64,000 nt of DNA from assembly GCF_001194135.2 (NCBI RefSeq), contig NC_068986.1:88504535-88568534 (forward strand). The letters are read 5' to 3'. This stretch comes from Octopus bimaculoides. Taxonomy: Eukaryota. The notes under the pieces are model-generated. The model saw only the letters and a program-made list of their open reading frames with translations, was not told the DNA's origin and searched no databases. Made by a program: the position numbers and the translations under genes. Positions within the stretch are counted from its first letter, which is position 1; each line of letters opens with the position of its first letter. This document shows positions 36,711 through 49,209 of this stretch, in pieces.

Positions 36711-38084
36711 ATAGTCTCTAAGATTTCGTTCATTTGCTGTGAACTGTCGCCCAATTCTTCCTCAAATGTGCACAGCCATGTCTGCGGCATTACAAAGTTT
36801 ACTTCGCAATCGAATAAGTCAGGGTCCGATCGTTGTCTGCGGTACCTTGTGTAATAGCCTTTTACCATAGTCATTGGTTGCCCATTAACATTCATAAACA
36901 GAAACCTCATCACAATGCAGCCCATTTATGATAAATGTACTTGATGAATAGAAGCCGTCACTGTTGAAAGAAAAAAAAAAGAAAAAAGAGATAAAGAAAG
37001 AAAAACCCTCAAAATAGCAACAGAATATTGACTAAAATGTACTTAATTTATATGGTTGTTTTCTTTTTCTTTTTAAATATGTTGGAGGAATATATTACAA
37101 GACATATTTCTTGGAAATTTTGTGCTGAGCAATTATGAATGTTGATTATTTTAGAGGCTTCGGGAGAGGAAGAAGAGCAGCCCTTTGACTATTCTTAAGG
37201 CCTCCGAGATTGGTGAAAAAACAAAAATCCTAGAGATTGTTTCTGAATGTTTACGATAAAAATGACACAGCTAAAAGCACAAAAAGAGCGATTGTGGGAG
37301 TTAAACAATGTGATGGATTAAATCTACATTGAAGGTCAGGGAACATCATTACGAATGGCTCCTGCATAGTTTTCCTCTAACAAATTTCACTCATAGGCTT
37401 TGACTGACACACAGCTATAGATGAAGTCTCTTGGTTTAGCCGTCAATAGTTACTGAAACTACATCACATATTTGGCCGCATAGAGCTGGCTAACTTAGCG
37501 TAATTGTAAACACAAAAGCTGATTTTAACGGCCCGATCGATGCTCTCTTACTTCTGGATATAACTCATTTCAAGTATAAAGAAATGTAATTACTCAAGAG
37601 TTTGTTTGGTTTCCTTAATATCTCTGCCAGCGAATGTCTGTAACCATTATTGTACTTAAACTATTTAACTACTCGTTAATAACATTCTATAAAGAGATCT
37701 GTTTAGATCAGTTATAAACCGAAAAGTTACGACAGTCAGCTTTGTGCTGCATTTAATCTAATATGTTTTAAAGAAGACACTATGTTGACTACCGCATCTA
37801 TTATAGAATAACATTTGCTTTCATGAACTGCGCACAAATGAACTAATTATTGGGTGTCGAAGGTGATATGGAATATTTATATATCTACATTCTTTGTTGG
37901 TTGAGACAGTTGAACTTCTCAATTGTAATAATAATGTCTTCATATCCTAACAATAAATCATTTTCGTTTTTAGTCTCTCAGACACAGCAACAGACGAGAG
38001 GAATTAACAGACGCTATTGTCAGGAATTTGGCAAACACATATTCACTAACATAGTTTTCGGTGACGCCACTATGTCAATAATAA

Positions 38085-38385
38085 TAATGTTGGTTTCAAA
38101 TTTTTGGCACAAGGCCAGCAAGTTCGGGGGCAAAAGGTAAATCGGTTATATAGATCTGTCCTCAATTCAGAAAGGATGAAAGGCAAATTTGCACTCGGCG
38201 GAATCTGAACTCAGAACGTAAAAACGGGTGAAATGCCGCTAAGCATTTTGTCCAACGTGCTGACGATCTTGCCAGAGCACCATCTTTAAAATTATTGGCA
38301 AAAGGCTAGTAATTCTGGGGGAGGGTTAAGTCGGTTACATCGACTCCACTACTCAACTGGTACCTATTTCATCGACCCCGAAACT
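38085..38385 (-). mobile_element. Degenerate SINE family B monomers
   Basis: GAAAGGATGAAAGGCAAA..CTCGGCGGAAT.TGAACTCAGAACGTA..AATGCCGCTAAGCATTT. Confidence 0.8.
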
Positions 38386-38785
38386 TTCATTTTATATTTA
38401 AAATAATATTGCAACATTGAATATTTCCAAAGATAAGCAGGGTCAGTTTAGCAGTTAACGTTCGGAGAAGCGCAATTCAAAGTATTGGAAATTGGAGACT
38501 TTCAGTTACAATATACTGAGTCTTGTAATTTACTACCTCTGGTGAATCAATAGAGATTTGTATTGCCCCTTCGCTAAAAGTAGAGCCCTATACCAAGATG
38601 GATAAATGCAACTTCACATAAGTAAACATAAATTCGACTTCTCGACAGAAAACCCTCTAGTTCCGACGAGGAAGTATTATATGAATTATTATATGAAGTA
38701 CCATATGAGTTGGAAAAATTGAAAGACTTTATAAGAAGATTGCCGTAGCGTGTTAATTCTTTTCAAGCAGCAGAGAGACTGGCCT

Positions 38786-38895
38786 TATTAAGACAAACGT
38801 TGAGCTTCATGAGCTTCAGTACTCACAAGAGTTCATCGCATCGCAAAGACATTGAAAAATTTGAAAAGAAACGTTTTAGCCTTTTGTACAGCATC

Positions 38896-38963
<68 letters not shown>

Positions 38964-39467
38964 TGTATGTATCGTCATCACATAATAGACCAGACTATTA
39001 GATGTTGCTATACAGCACTGGTCACGATGGGTTTTGCATCAGTTTTGCATCCCACTGGCAAGAGGAGCAGGCCGACATCCCCACCCCCCTGATTGGAAAT
39101 TTTCTCCGCTGCAGCGTTTAACCATTTACAACGGAGTAGACAGCAACAACGTGAAGTGCAGCGTTTTATTGAAGAACACAAAATGGTTGCCCATGAGCGG
39201 ATCCTCCATCTAGCGATCGTGAGTCCATCACCCTAACCACTAGGTTATATGCCTTCACTACCCCCAAGATTCTAACGATTCTGCCAGCTCACCGCCTTGT
39301 TTTGCCTAGGCATATCAAACGTCTTTTCTGCTTAGTTTGTCAGCTGTTTTGCACCTTATAGAATTTGATGCTGTACAAAACGTTTAAACGTTTCTTTTCT
39401 AATTTTCCAATGTCTTTGTTATGCGATGAGTTCTTGCAAGTACTGAAGCTCAACGTTTGTCTTAATA
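38786..39467. mobile_element. Probable TA-flanked MITE with about 105-bp inverted arms and inserted SINE/microsatellite
   Basis: 38788-38897 is the reverse complement of 39365-39465 at roughly 85% identity; TA lies at both outer ends. Confidence 0.7.
39000..39262 (-). mobile_element. SINE family E-like, degenerate
   Basis: Reverse complement head GGCATATAACCTAGTGGTTAGGGTGATGGACTCACGATCGC..., middle ..GCACTTCACGTTG..CTACTC..GTAAATGG. Confidence 0.6.
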
Positions 39468-39528
39468 TACATGCACACATACACAAACAAATACATATGC
39501 GTGTGTTCTAAATTAATAATTATATTTG

Positions 39529-39745
39529 TAATTATATAATTATATTAAAAGGATCAGGAAAGAACCTTCAATATGCTGAAAGTAGACACCAAAGACGTTA
39601 AAAAACCACTGTATAACTTCTACAAAACACGCTTACAACCCGTCTTTGGTAAGAGTCTTACAGTCGTTTTTAGCGCATTTGGCGTCTACTTTCAGCATGT
39701 TGGAGAATGATCTTCCCTGATCCCTTTAATATAATTATATAATTA
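39529..39745. mobile_element. Small fold-back/MITE-like palindrome
   Basis: Arms 39529-39613 and 39659-39745 are imperfect reverse complements (TAATTATATAATTATATTAAA.GGATCAGG.AAGA..ATGCTGAAAGTAGAC.CCAAA). Confidence 0.75.
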
Positions 39746-39838
39746 TGTATATAATTATTAATTTAGATTATAAATTACCTACAATGTTTTATTTCATGCT
39801 GGCCACTCGATATGTTCACTCACGTGGTTTTATTCAGA

Positions 39839-39924
<86 letters not shown>

Positions 39925-41367
39925 TGTGTTTGTAAATATAGGATCCAGGTATCGAGATGCTGGTAGAAAGTTAGCTTCGAGCAATAATAGTGGTTTATTC
40001 CGATAGAGGTTGCGAATTTTTTGTTTCTTTTATCGAAGAACGATAATCTAAAAAAAAAGTCTGTTTTATATTCCTAAGTATACAACTAGGGTTGCCGAGT
40101 GTGCGGAAAAGAATACACGAGTTACGGAATGGTGTATGGAAATTCCGGACTACATATGCTTCATAGCGGGTGGAACTTCAGAAGTAAGGTCTAAACCGCT
40201 GGCTACTCTTCAGGTCAAGAATATCTTATTTAGATTAAAGGCTACAATCTCCCAAGGAAATACATGTTCACACAAATATTCAATCAGCCCAAATTTCCCA
40301 TACTCCACTCCGTAACTCTTGTATATATATATATATTTCCACGGTACGATTGACAATGAAGTTCAAATCGATAAATTTCATATTTTGTGAGGAGTTTCAA
40401 TTAATTATAGCAATAATTAAATTTCCAAAACAAACATGATTAGTGGAGTGATTACATAATTAATGTGAAGTATCTACTTGAATGCTAATACGGTGAAAGA
40501 AACATTAACCGGTAGTCTGAATACATATGAGTGTTTGGCAGTTAGCCAGATCAAAAGTACATAAAGACTGCCGACTATATATATATATATTATTTTATAC
40601 ACTCAGCACGTACACACACACGTATATGTTTGTATGTATACATGTATATCTGCATATATGTGTGTATGTATATATGTTTATAGAGTGTAAAGTCAAGACT
40701 AAGTTAAAAATAGTAAGATATGAGGGATGTATAAACAGACGTCATCGTTGCTACTGTTTTAATTGTTTTTCTGCTTGTTTAACGAGAAAAACTGATATTT
40801 ACGATTGAACTAGGAAGCATTTGTGTGGTCATTAAAGTGCCTGAAAAAGCATGCAAAACTCTTTAATATTACATTATACAGTTTCAAAAAGAAGGGCAGG
40901 CGTTAAATGTTATACACACATATACACGCACACGCATGGTTGTATATATGCATTTAAGTATGCATATATGTATGTATACGTCTGTGTGTGTATGTGTGTT
41001 GCGTGTGTATGTGTGTGTATGCTTTTATAATGTAAAATTGAAGCAAGGATTCAAATAACAAATAGACAAATCACAGAAATACTCTTTTATTTAAAGCTCT
41101 AGATCAATACCTAAAATGAGTTGGGCATGTCTTGACGTTTCGAGAGTTCTACATTCTTCATAAAGAAAACGGGGAATGACAGAAACATAGCGGTTTAGCA
41201 AAAGAATCTGATACTATAATAGGCTTAGCATAAAGATTAGTACAGGGGTTGATTCATTCGATTAAAATTTCTTCAAGGTGATGTCAAAGAATGGCTGCAG
41301 TCTAATGAGTGAGACAAGTAAAATATAAAAGCTTATATGTATGTATACATATATACATATATATACT

Positions 41368-41403
<36 letters not shown>

Positions 41404-42761
41404 NNNNNNNNNNNNNNNNNNNNNNNNNNNNNNNNNNNNNNNNNNNNNNNNNNNNNNNNNNNNNNNNNNNNNNNNNNNNNNNNNNNNNNNNNNNNNNNNN
41501 NNNNNNNNNNNNNNNNNNNNNNNNNNNNNNNNNNNNNNNNNNNNNNNNNNNNNNNNNNNNNNNNNNNNNNNNNNNNNNNNNNNNNNNNNNNNNNNNNNNN
41601 NNNNNNNNNNNNNNNNNNNNNNNNNNNNNNNNNNNNNNNNNNNNNNNNNNNNNNNNNNNNNNNNNNNNNNNNNNNNNNNNNNNNNNNNNNNNNNNNNNNN
41701 NNNNNNNNNNNNNNNNNNNNNNNNNNNNNNNNNNNNNNNNNNNNNNNNNNNNNNNNNNNNNNNNNNNNNNNNNNNNNNNNNNNNNNNNNNNNNNNNNNNN
41801 NNNNNNNNNNNNNNNNNNNNNNNNNNNNNNNNNNNNNNNNNNNNNNNNNNNNNNNNNNNNNNNNNNNNNNNNNNNNNNNNNNNNNNNNNNNNNNNNNNNN
41901 NNNNNNNNNNNNNNNNNNNNNNNNNNNNNNNNNNNNNNNNNNNNNNNNNNNNNNNNNNNNNNNNNNNNNNNNNNNTATATATATATATATATATATATGG
42001 TATGAATGTAACTTATACATGCTGTTCATCCATATACATTGTGTATTTGTTCCCATATATATCATGCATATATACGTATTTACGTGCTGATGTGTGCATA
42101 CATGAAAGTGTATACACACAGTGAGAAACAAAAGAACACGAAAGAGATAAGGAGAGAGAAAGGCTGACAGAGTCAGATAGACAGTGAGAGGAATGTGTAT
42201 ATATGCGTTTATACAGACTACGTGTCACCTACTAAATAGCTATAGTTTTGTTTCTCTATAATTTTTCTTAGATTATATTTTAACTCAATCGTTCTTATTT
42301 CTTGACCTCATTACCTCCTCCTTACACCTTTAACTCCTTTCTCTTTTCTCTTCTAAATCTTTGTCAGTTCTTCATCTTCAACATCTGTCTTCCCCCTTTC
42401 CCTTTCTCCCTCTTTCTCTCCTCTTTCTCTCTCTCTTTCTCTCTTTCTCCCTATTGTCTCTACCACCTCACTCAATCTATAAGAATAAATATTTATTTTC
42501 CATTTTCCAAATAGCTGTCGTGAAAGGTTAAATGACAGATACGACAACGAATTTAAGGAGATTAAATAAGGTACTTCTATACGTGTTTATATATATNNNN
42601 NNNNNNNNNNNNNNNNNNNNNNNNNNNNNNNNNNNNNNNNNNNNNNNNNNNNNNNNNNNNNNNNNNNNNNNNNNNNNNNNNNNNNNNNNNNNNNNNNNNN
42701 NNNNNNNNNNNNNNNNNNNNNNNNNNNNNNNNNNNNNNNNNNNNNNNNNNNNNNNNNNNNN

Positions 42762-42819
<58 letters not shown>

Positions 42820-43259
42820 CATATGTGTGTTTGTGCGTGTGTGTACGTCTACTTGACATTCGTATATTCCGTGAGACCGTGTATCTGCACGCAGAAAGAG
42901 TTAATTGTTAGTTGTACCCTGTGAGAGGGTTAAAACTATTCTTCTCAGAGGATAGTCTTAAATATCCTTCCCAAAGGATAGTCTTAGCTATTGTTCCCAG
43001 AGTTAAGACATGGACATGTTTTAACAAAAGACGTGCAATTGTTAATCCAACATGTCTACTCTACCCATGCAGATGAGCTTGTTTAAAGAAGACCAACCTT
43101 CGATATAGTTTGTACATGTCTTCAAAGGGGTTACACACGAAAATTACATATATTATATATATATTGTACACACACAAAAAAAATCGCACGTGCACGCACA
43201 CATATACACATACATATGTGCATATATTAGTGACTAGATATTTTGTTAATGTATATGTT

Positions 43260-43292
<33 letters not shown>

Positions 43293-43993
43293 ATNNNNNN
43301 NNNNNNNNNNNNNNNNNNNNNNNNNNNNNNNNNNNNNNNNNNNNNNNNNNNNNNNNNNNNNNNNNNNNNNNNNNNNNNNNNNNNNNNNNNNNNNNNNNNN
43401 NNNNNNNNNNNNNNNNNNNNNNNNNNNNNNNNNNNNNNNNNNNNNNNNNNNNNNNNNNNNNNNNNNNNNNNNNNNNNNNNNNNNNNNNNNNNNNNNNNNN
43501 NNNNNNNNNNNNNNNNNNNNNNNNNNNNNNNNNNNNNNNNNNNNNNNNNNNNNNNNNNNNNNNNNNNNNNNNNNNNNNNNNNNNNNNNNNNNNNNNNNNN
43601 NNNNNNNNNNNNNNNNNNNNNNNNNNNNNNNNNNNNNNNNNNNNNNNNNNNNNNNNNNNNNNNNNNNNNNNNNNNNNNNNNNNNNNNNNNNNNNNNNNNN
43701 NNNNNNNNNNNNNNNNNNNNNNNNNNNNNNNNNNNNNNNNNNNNNNNNNNNNNNNNNNNNNNNNNNNNNNNNNNNNNNNNNNNNNNNNNNNNNNNNNNNN
43801 NNNNNNNNNNNNNNNNNNNNNNNNNNNNNNNNNNNNNNNNNNNNNNNNNNNNNNNNNNNNNNNNNNNNNNNNNNNNNNNNNNNNNNNNNNNNNNNNNNNN
43901 NNNNNNNNNNNNNNNNNNNNNNNNNNNNNNNNNNNNNNNNNNNNNNNNNNNNNNNNNNNNNNNNNNNNNNNNNNNNNNNNNNNNNNNNNNNNN

Positions 43994-44297
43994 NGACTCG
44001 GCCGATAAGTGGGCTCGTCCCACACGCGACAACAGCCGTTCGACGAAGGTCCACAGCTCTGAAATATCTGGACACTGCACGAGTGCGTGCAGAACGGTTT
44101 CGTCGCTCTGACCGCATCTCGGGCAGGTCGGTCCGGTGGTTTTCGAACCGTGTCTGTAGATCTTCTCTCGAACTGGTAGTGCGTCTCGATAGCATTGCCA
44201 AGCCAGGGATCTCTGGAAATTATCCATAGGCCCCGGCCCGAACGTCGTCTTGAAAAGGCGGGTTAGGAATTTCTCGTCGACACCCAGGTTTGCCCCG

Positions 44298-44299
<2 letters not shown>
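43994..44299 (-). mobile_element. L1/Tx1-clade LINE ORF2 fragment (zf-RVT region), 5'-truncated, 3' part hidden in a gap
   Basis: Open frame LFKTTFGPGPMDNFQRSLAWQCYRDALPVREKIYRHGSKTTGPTCPRCGQSDETVLHALVQC, with the W..+..ALP and CPRC..ET..H...C motifs. Confidence 0.88.
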
Positions 44300-44362
<63 letters not shown>

Positions 44363-44368
44363 GATAGA
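44300..44368 (+). repeat. (GATA)n microsatellite at the LINE 5' junction
   Basis: Direct reading. Confidence 0.95.
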
Positions 44369-45329
44369 TGTTGTGATAATGCACACATATACGCAAATAT
44401 ATGTACACATATATTTATATGCATGTAGTTTGTGTGTCTGTATCTGTATATGTATATGTATGTATATTTATATGTATGTATGTACGTATGTATGTACGCA
44501 TGTATACATATAACATGGAAAGGATAATTGGTATTTTAAGCTTGAATAAGACACGTGTTTGAGTAAAATCAAACATTATTAGTTAAGGCAATTATCAAGA
44601 TGTTTTTGTATATCGGCACACTTCCTCGGCGTTCCGTGTGGAAAGTACGAATAGGGATGATTGCCCTAAAATCTATTCAAGCGATGCAAATCATATTCAA
44701 CATCTTTTGGCTTTATATAACAGATGTTGCCAGAGTGTGAAGAAGGTGGATGGTGTTTAAAGAATATAGTCAAATGCTCGATACAAAGATGGAGGGTAAG
44801 GCTACGTCCCTAGTATTCCTAGAAGCTGTTGGATATATAGATCAATATTCACGACACATATGCACCGGAAAATGCTTATGGAAAAGCGATAACTTTCTGG
44901 CGACGTGAGTTTAATGATGACAACAATAATTAGATGTATAAATATAGTAATAGCAATAAATTTATCTCATTATGTTTATTGAGTAGGAGTCTATTGCTGG
45001 CTTATCTAATCCTACTTTGCAAATCGCTCCTGGTATTATTGCCATAACGTGGCTCGAATCTTGCATGATACTTTAACTGGAGGTTTGATGGCATTCGTTT
45101 AACTATGCTACGTATACGATACGAGCCTTAGCAATTGCGGAATCGTACACGGCATTCTATACAAGTCTGTGCACAAAACTTATAGTCGCCTACGTTTAAA
45201 TTTTCTGTTTATGAAATAATACGTATCTCTCGCTGTTTTAGTGCATTTAGTTGATCCTACGAATAACAGAACAGCACACCACACTATGTGTATACACATA
45301 CGTAGGGATAGACAGACAGATGGACAAAT

Positions 45330-45460
45330 AGATAGAATGAAGTCATGCTGGGACATCGCCTTGAAGAATTTTAGTCGAACGAGTCGACCCTGGTACTTTT
45401 TTTACAACCTGGTACTCATTATGTCGAGCACTCAGTTATGGTAACGAAAACATAACAACA
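45330..45460 (-). mobile_element. SINE family C 3' portion, degenerate
   Basis: GTCATGCTGG.ACATCGCCTTGAAGAATTTTAGTCGAACGAGTCGACCC..GGTACTCATT. Confidence 0.65.
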
Positions 45461-46164
45461 TAGATAAATAGATAGATGAATTCATTATATGCACCAGAAA
45501 CTGTGTTACAATAGTCGCCTGTGTAACATACATAATATAAATGCATCGTATATAATATGGACACGCTGTATTTCATGACAATATTTACAGGAGAAAGGTG
45601 AAAATCGTCCTAGCAGCGGCTGGGGAGAATGCTAAACTTGCATTCCTGCTTCGTTGAGCGTTGAATATTTATGTTTATTGAGTAGGAGTCTATTCCTGGC
45701 TTATCTATACTACTTTGCACATCGCTCCTGGTATTGTTGCTATAACGTGGCTCGAATCCTGCACGATATTTTAACTGAAGTGAATATTATCTATCCATCT
45801 GTCTGTCTGCTTTTCTCTCTCCACACGTAACATATAGTATGATTTATAAACAGAGCAAATTTTAGCCGTAGACTGAAAAAAATACGATGAACAAACTTAA
45901 TCGATTTTCAAACCTTATTGAGTTCTCATCAGAGGATTCCACATCCTTTTCACAATTTCCAGTGAAACAATCAGCCAAATTGTTTATATACTGAACAAAT
46001 GCAACAGTTACTCTACGAAGGAGTCCCTAATTTGCATACCGCAAGTGTTTAACACTCAGTAGATACCAGCGGCCTGTCAACGGGGATCTTAGTCCACGCA
46101 GTATCAAGGTATGACATATATACATACATGTGTGTGTATGTGTGTGTGTGTGTGTGGTACATGT

Positions 46165-46287
46165 TTCTAAAACCTGGTATTCATTCTGTCGAACCATTCA
46201 CTTATGGTGACGGAAACATAACAACACCGTTATATAGCGTTGGTGGGGAACAAACTTACACACCCACAAAGACACACACACACATGC

Positions 46288-46318
<31 letters not shown>

Positions 46319-46512
46319 CTTATATATATATATATATATATATAAAATATGGGTTTCTTTCAGTTTCCGTCTACCAAATCCTCGCACAAGGCTTTGTGTG
46401 CCTGAGGCTATATATTGCAGAAGACACTTGCTCTGCCGAAAGTGCCACTTCATGTGATTGAATTTGGAGCCAAGTGCCTGGAAAACAAACTTCTTACCAA
46501 GCTCTAACATCA
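46165..46512 (-). mobile_element. SINE family C with internal microsatellite
   Basis: TTTCTTTCAGTTTCCGTCTACCAAATCC..CACAAGGCTTTG..GAGGCTATA..AGAAGACACTTGC, internal (TA)/(CA). Confidence 0.8.
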
Positions 46513-46627
46513 GTGTACATATACATATGTATGTATATTTGTTAATATGCATACATACATATGTGTGTGTGTATACATATATAAGTATATATGTATGTAT
46601 ATATATGTGTGTGTGTATGTATATAAT

Positions 46628-46690
<63 letters not shown>

Positions 46691-47124
46691 ATATCTATAT
46701 GTGTTTGTGTGTGAATGTGTGTGTGTGTGCGCGCGCGCGTGTTTATGTGTGTGTGTGTGTGTATGTTTTATTACGAAATATTTTGACAGATTCCTAATAC
46801 CCTCAGTGTTGGTATTTCTCGTAGGCATATTAAGATAAAGTTGTATTTTAAGTAAACACACTTCTCGATATATTTGAGTATTATATGCAACATCAACGGT
46901 TAAATCTACTGCAATCGGTGAAAGGATAGAGAGTGACAATTTCAACAAGGCCGTCTGACATCTGCTAACGTTACCTGTCACACAACAGGGACCCGGGCGA
47001 AAAGGGAAAAGGGATGGCGTGGAAGAAATATAGGGCAAGTAAGGGATTAATTTAGTGTGGTGTAGCTGGTTGTATAATATACGGAGGGAATCTACGTTCC
47101 TCCTATTTTATTCCAATATTGATA

Positions 47125-47322
47125 TTGGTTTCAAATTTGGTACAAGACCAGTAGCTTCGTGGAGAGAATTAGGTCGATTAGATTTCCCCCAGTGTTCAAC
47201 TGGTACTTATTTTATCGACTCTGAAAGGATGAAGGCAAAGTCGGCTTCGGCAGAATTTGAACCCAGAACGTAAAGACCGACGAATTGCCCAGCGATCTAA
47301 CAGTTCTGCCAGCTCTCCGACT
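47125..47322 (-). mobile_element. SINE family B monomer
   Basis: Aligns to the family consensus. Confidence 0.8.
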
Positions 47323-47384
47323 TAATTTCAATAGACTTCTAGTACACCTAGCGTACCATCATTGCATTCAGAACGAAGGGAAAC

Positions 47385-47600
47385 CCATAGAAGTCACTTG
47401 ACGTGCTAGAAATAACATGAAATAGTCCTCAAAACACACCGGACTGTCATAAAATAGAAACACCACATTGTATAATACAGTCATTTACAACCCTAACCAG
47501 ACAGAGCTGTCAGGTTCGAAAGCCTTTGATCATAATTTTACTAGATTTGTGTTGACAGGGGGTAGCTAAGAACAACAACAACAACAACAACAATAACAGT
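47385..47600 (+). mobile_element. SINE family D 3' half with (AAC)n tail
   Basis: GTGCTAGAAATAAC..TCAAAACACACC..AAAGCCTTTGATCATA..GGGG.TAGCTAAGAACAACAAC; related fragments at about 2745, 7040, 17570, 50805 and 51400 (minus). Confidence 0.65.
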
Positions 47601-48721
47601 AACATCCCCACTACTGCATTAACATTACCACAAGCATTTATGCTTCCAGCCCCACAACCATTACCCTTTCCTTCGACACCATCAGTTATGTACAGTTAAC
47701 ATCACCTTGTTCAACATGCAGTGTGTATTTAGTCAGCTGGCATATCAAAATGACCCGTTTCACCTGTGACAGGTAAGCAAGTCAGGTCCCACATTCCTAA
47801 AGTAAGGAGGTGAGAGGGTTAGAGTTGTAAATGCAGTAATCACGACTTAAGCCCCTATCAAAATCCCAATGTATTCGTGAACAGTAAATCATTTAGGAAC
47901 ATTAGCTAAATTGTATTTGAAGATCGTTCTCTCTACATGGGTATGTTGAATTCAAAATAGGAGTGTCTGTATGTGGCGTGTGTGTTTATTTGTATATATG
48001 TGGATATCTACTTACAGACACATATAAGCACACACTTATATCCAAACACATGTATATATACATACATACATGCATACACACACACATATGTATGTGTATT
48101 TTGACAGAACTCAAATACTCATTTTGACATGTTTCTCGTAAGTATATTAAGATAAAGCTGTATTTTAAGAAAACAGACTTCCGAACGCATTTGAGCAAGC
48201 ATGTATATAAATTCATGTATGTATGTATGTATGTATGTAAGTATGTATGTATCTATTTGAATACGTGTATCCTAATTGTTACAGTGGCTCGGCTCAAGAT
48301 CACGAGGTTTTAGGTTCGTTTCCTGGACCGGGTGGCACTAATGTCCTTAGGTGATGTATTTCATTTAACCTTCCTCCAATTTAATCTCTGACTTGAAGCT
48401 GCTCGGCATTCTGAAACCCCGAACTATAAAACATATAACCGCAGCGTACTTAACTTAATCCCTACTCAAATCTTCAACCTGAATTTCCTAACTTCTTTTT
48501 TAAGAAAACTATTTCTTAACGGGGCGAAAATTTTCCAAACCATATGACCTGCAAACTTTCTGCCGATTTCAAAAGTAGTAAGAATAAGTACAGTACACTT
48601 ACGAACATGCATCTATACATACCCACACACCTACACACCTACACACATAGACACACACACACCTACGCCCACACTAACACACACTTACACGCGCGCGCGC
48701 GCGTGCACACATGAATGTATA

Positions 48722-48871
48722 GGAGCATGAGCAACTGTGTGGTAAGAAATTTGGTTCTCAGCCACATGGTTCCGGGTTCAGTTTCACAACGTGCGCCTAC
48801 CGCGGTTGTCTTTTACTATATCCTTGGTCCAATCAAAGTCTGAATTATATAGACAAAAATGAAAGCCTGTC

Positions 48872-48875
<4 letters not shown>
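48722..48875 (+). mobile_element. SINE family C head, degenerate
   Basis: GGAGCATGAGCAACTGTGTGGTAAGAAA..CCACATGGTTCCGGGTTCAGT. Confidence 0.7.
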
Positions 48876-48910
<35 letters not shown>

Positions 48911-49209
48911 TATAGACTTTTACATCTCACTCAGACCCTAGTGATACATCCACTTCCTCCCTCTCTCTCAGTCTCTCTCTCCCTCCCTCTCTTTCTCTCT
49001 CTCTCTGTACTAGATTCAATGTGTATCTAGTCTCCCCCTCTCACTTTCTCCAAATATCCTTTCTCCCTCTCACTTTTTTTCTCCACAGCTTTGCTCTTAT
49101 TTACAAATATTCTAATCTCCCTCTCTCCCCCTCTTGCTCACTCGCATTTACTCCCCCTCCCCTATTTCCATCCACCCACACCCACAAACCAATCTCCTAC
49201 CGTTACCTG

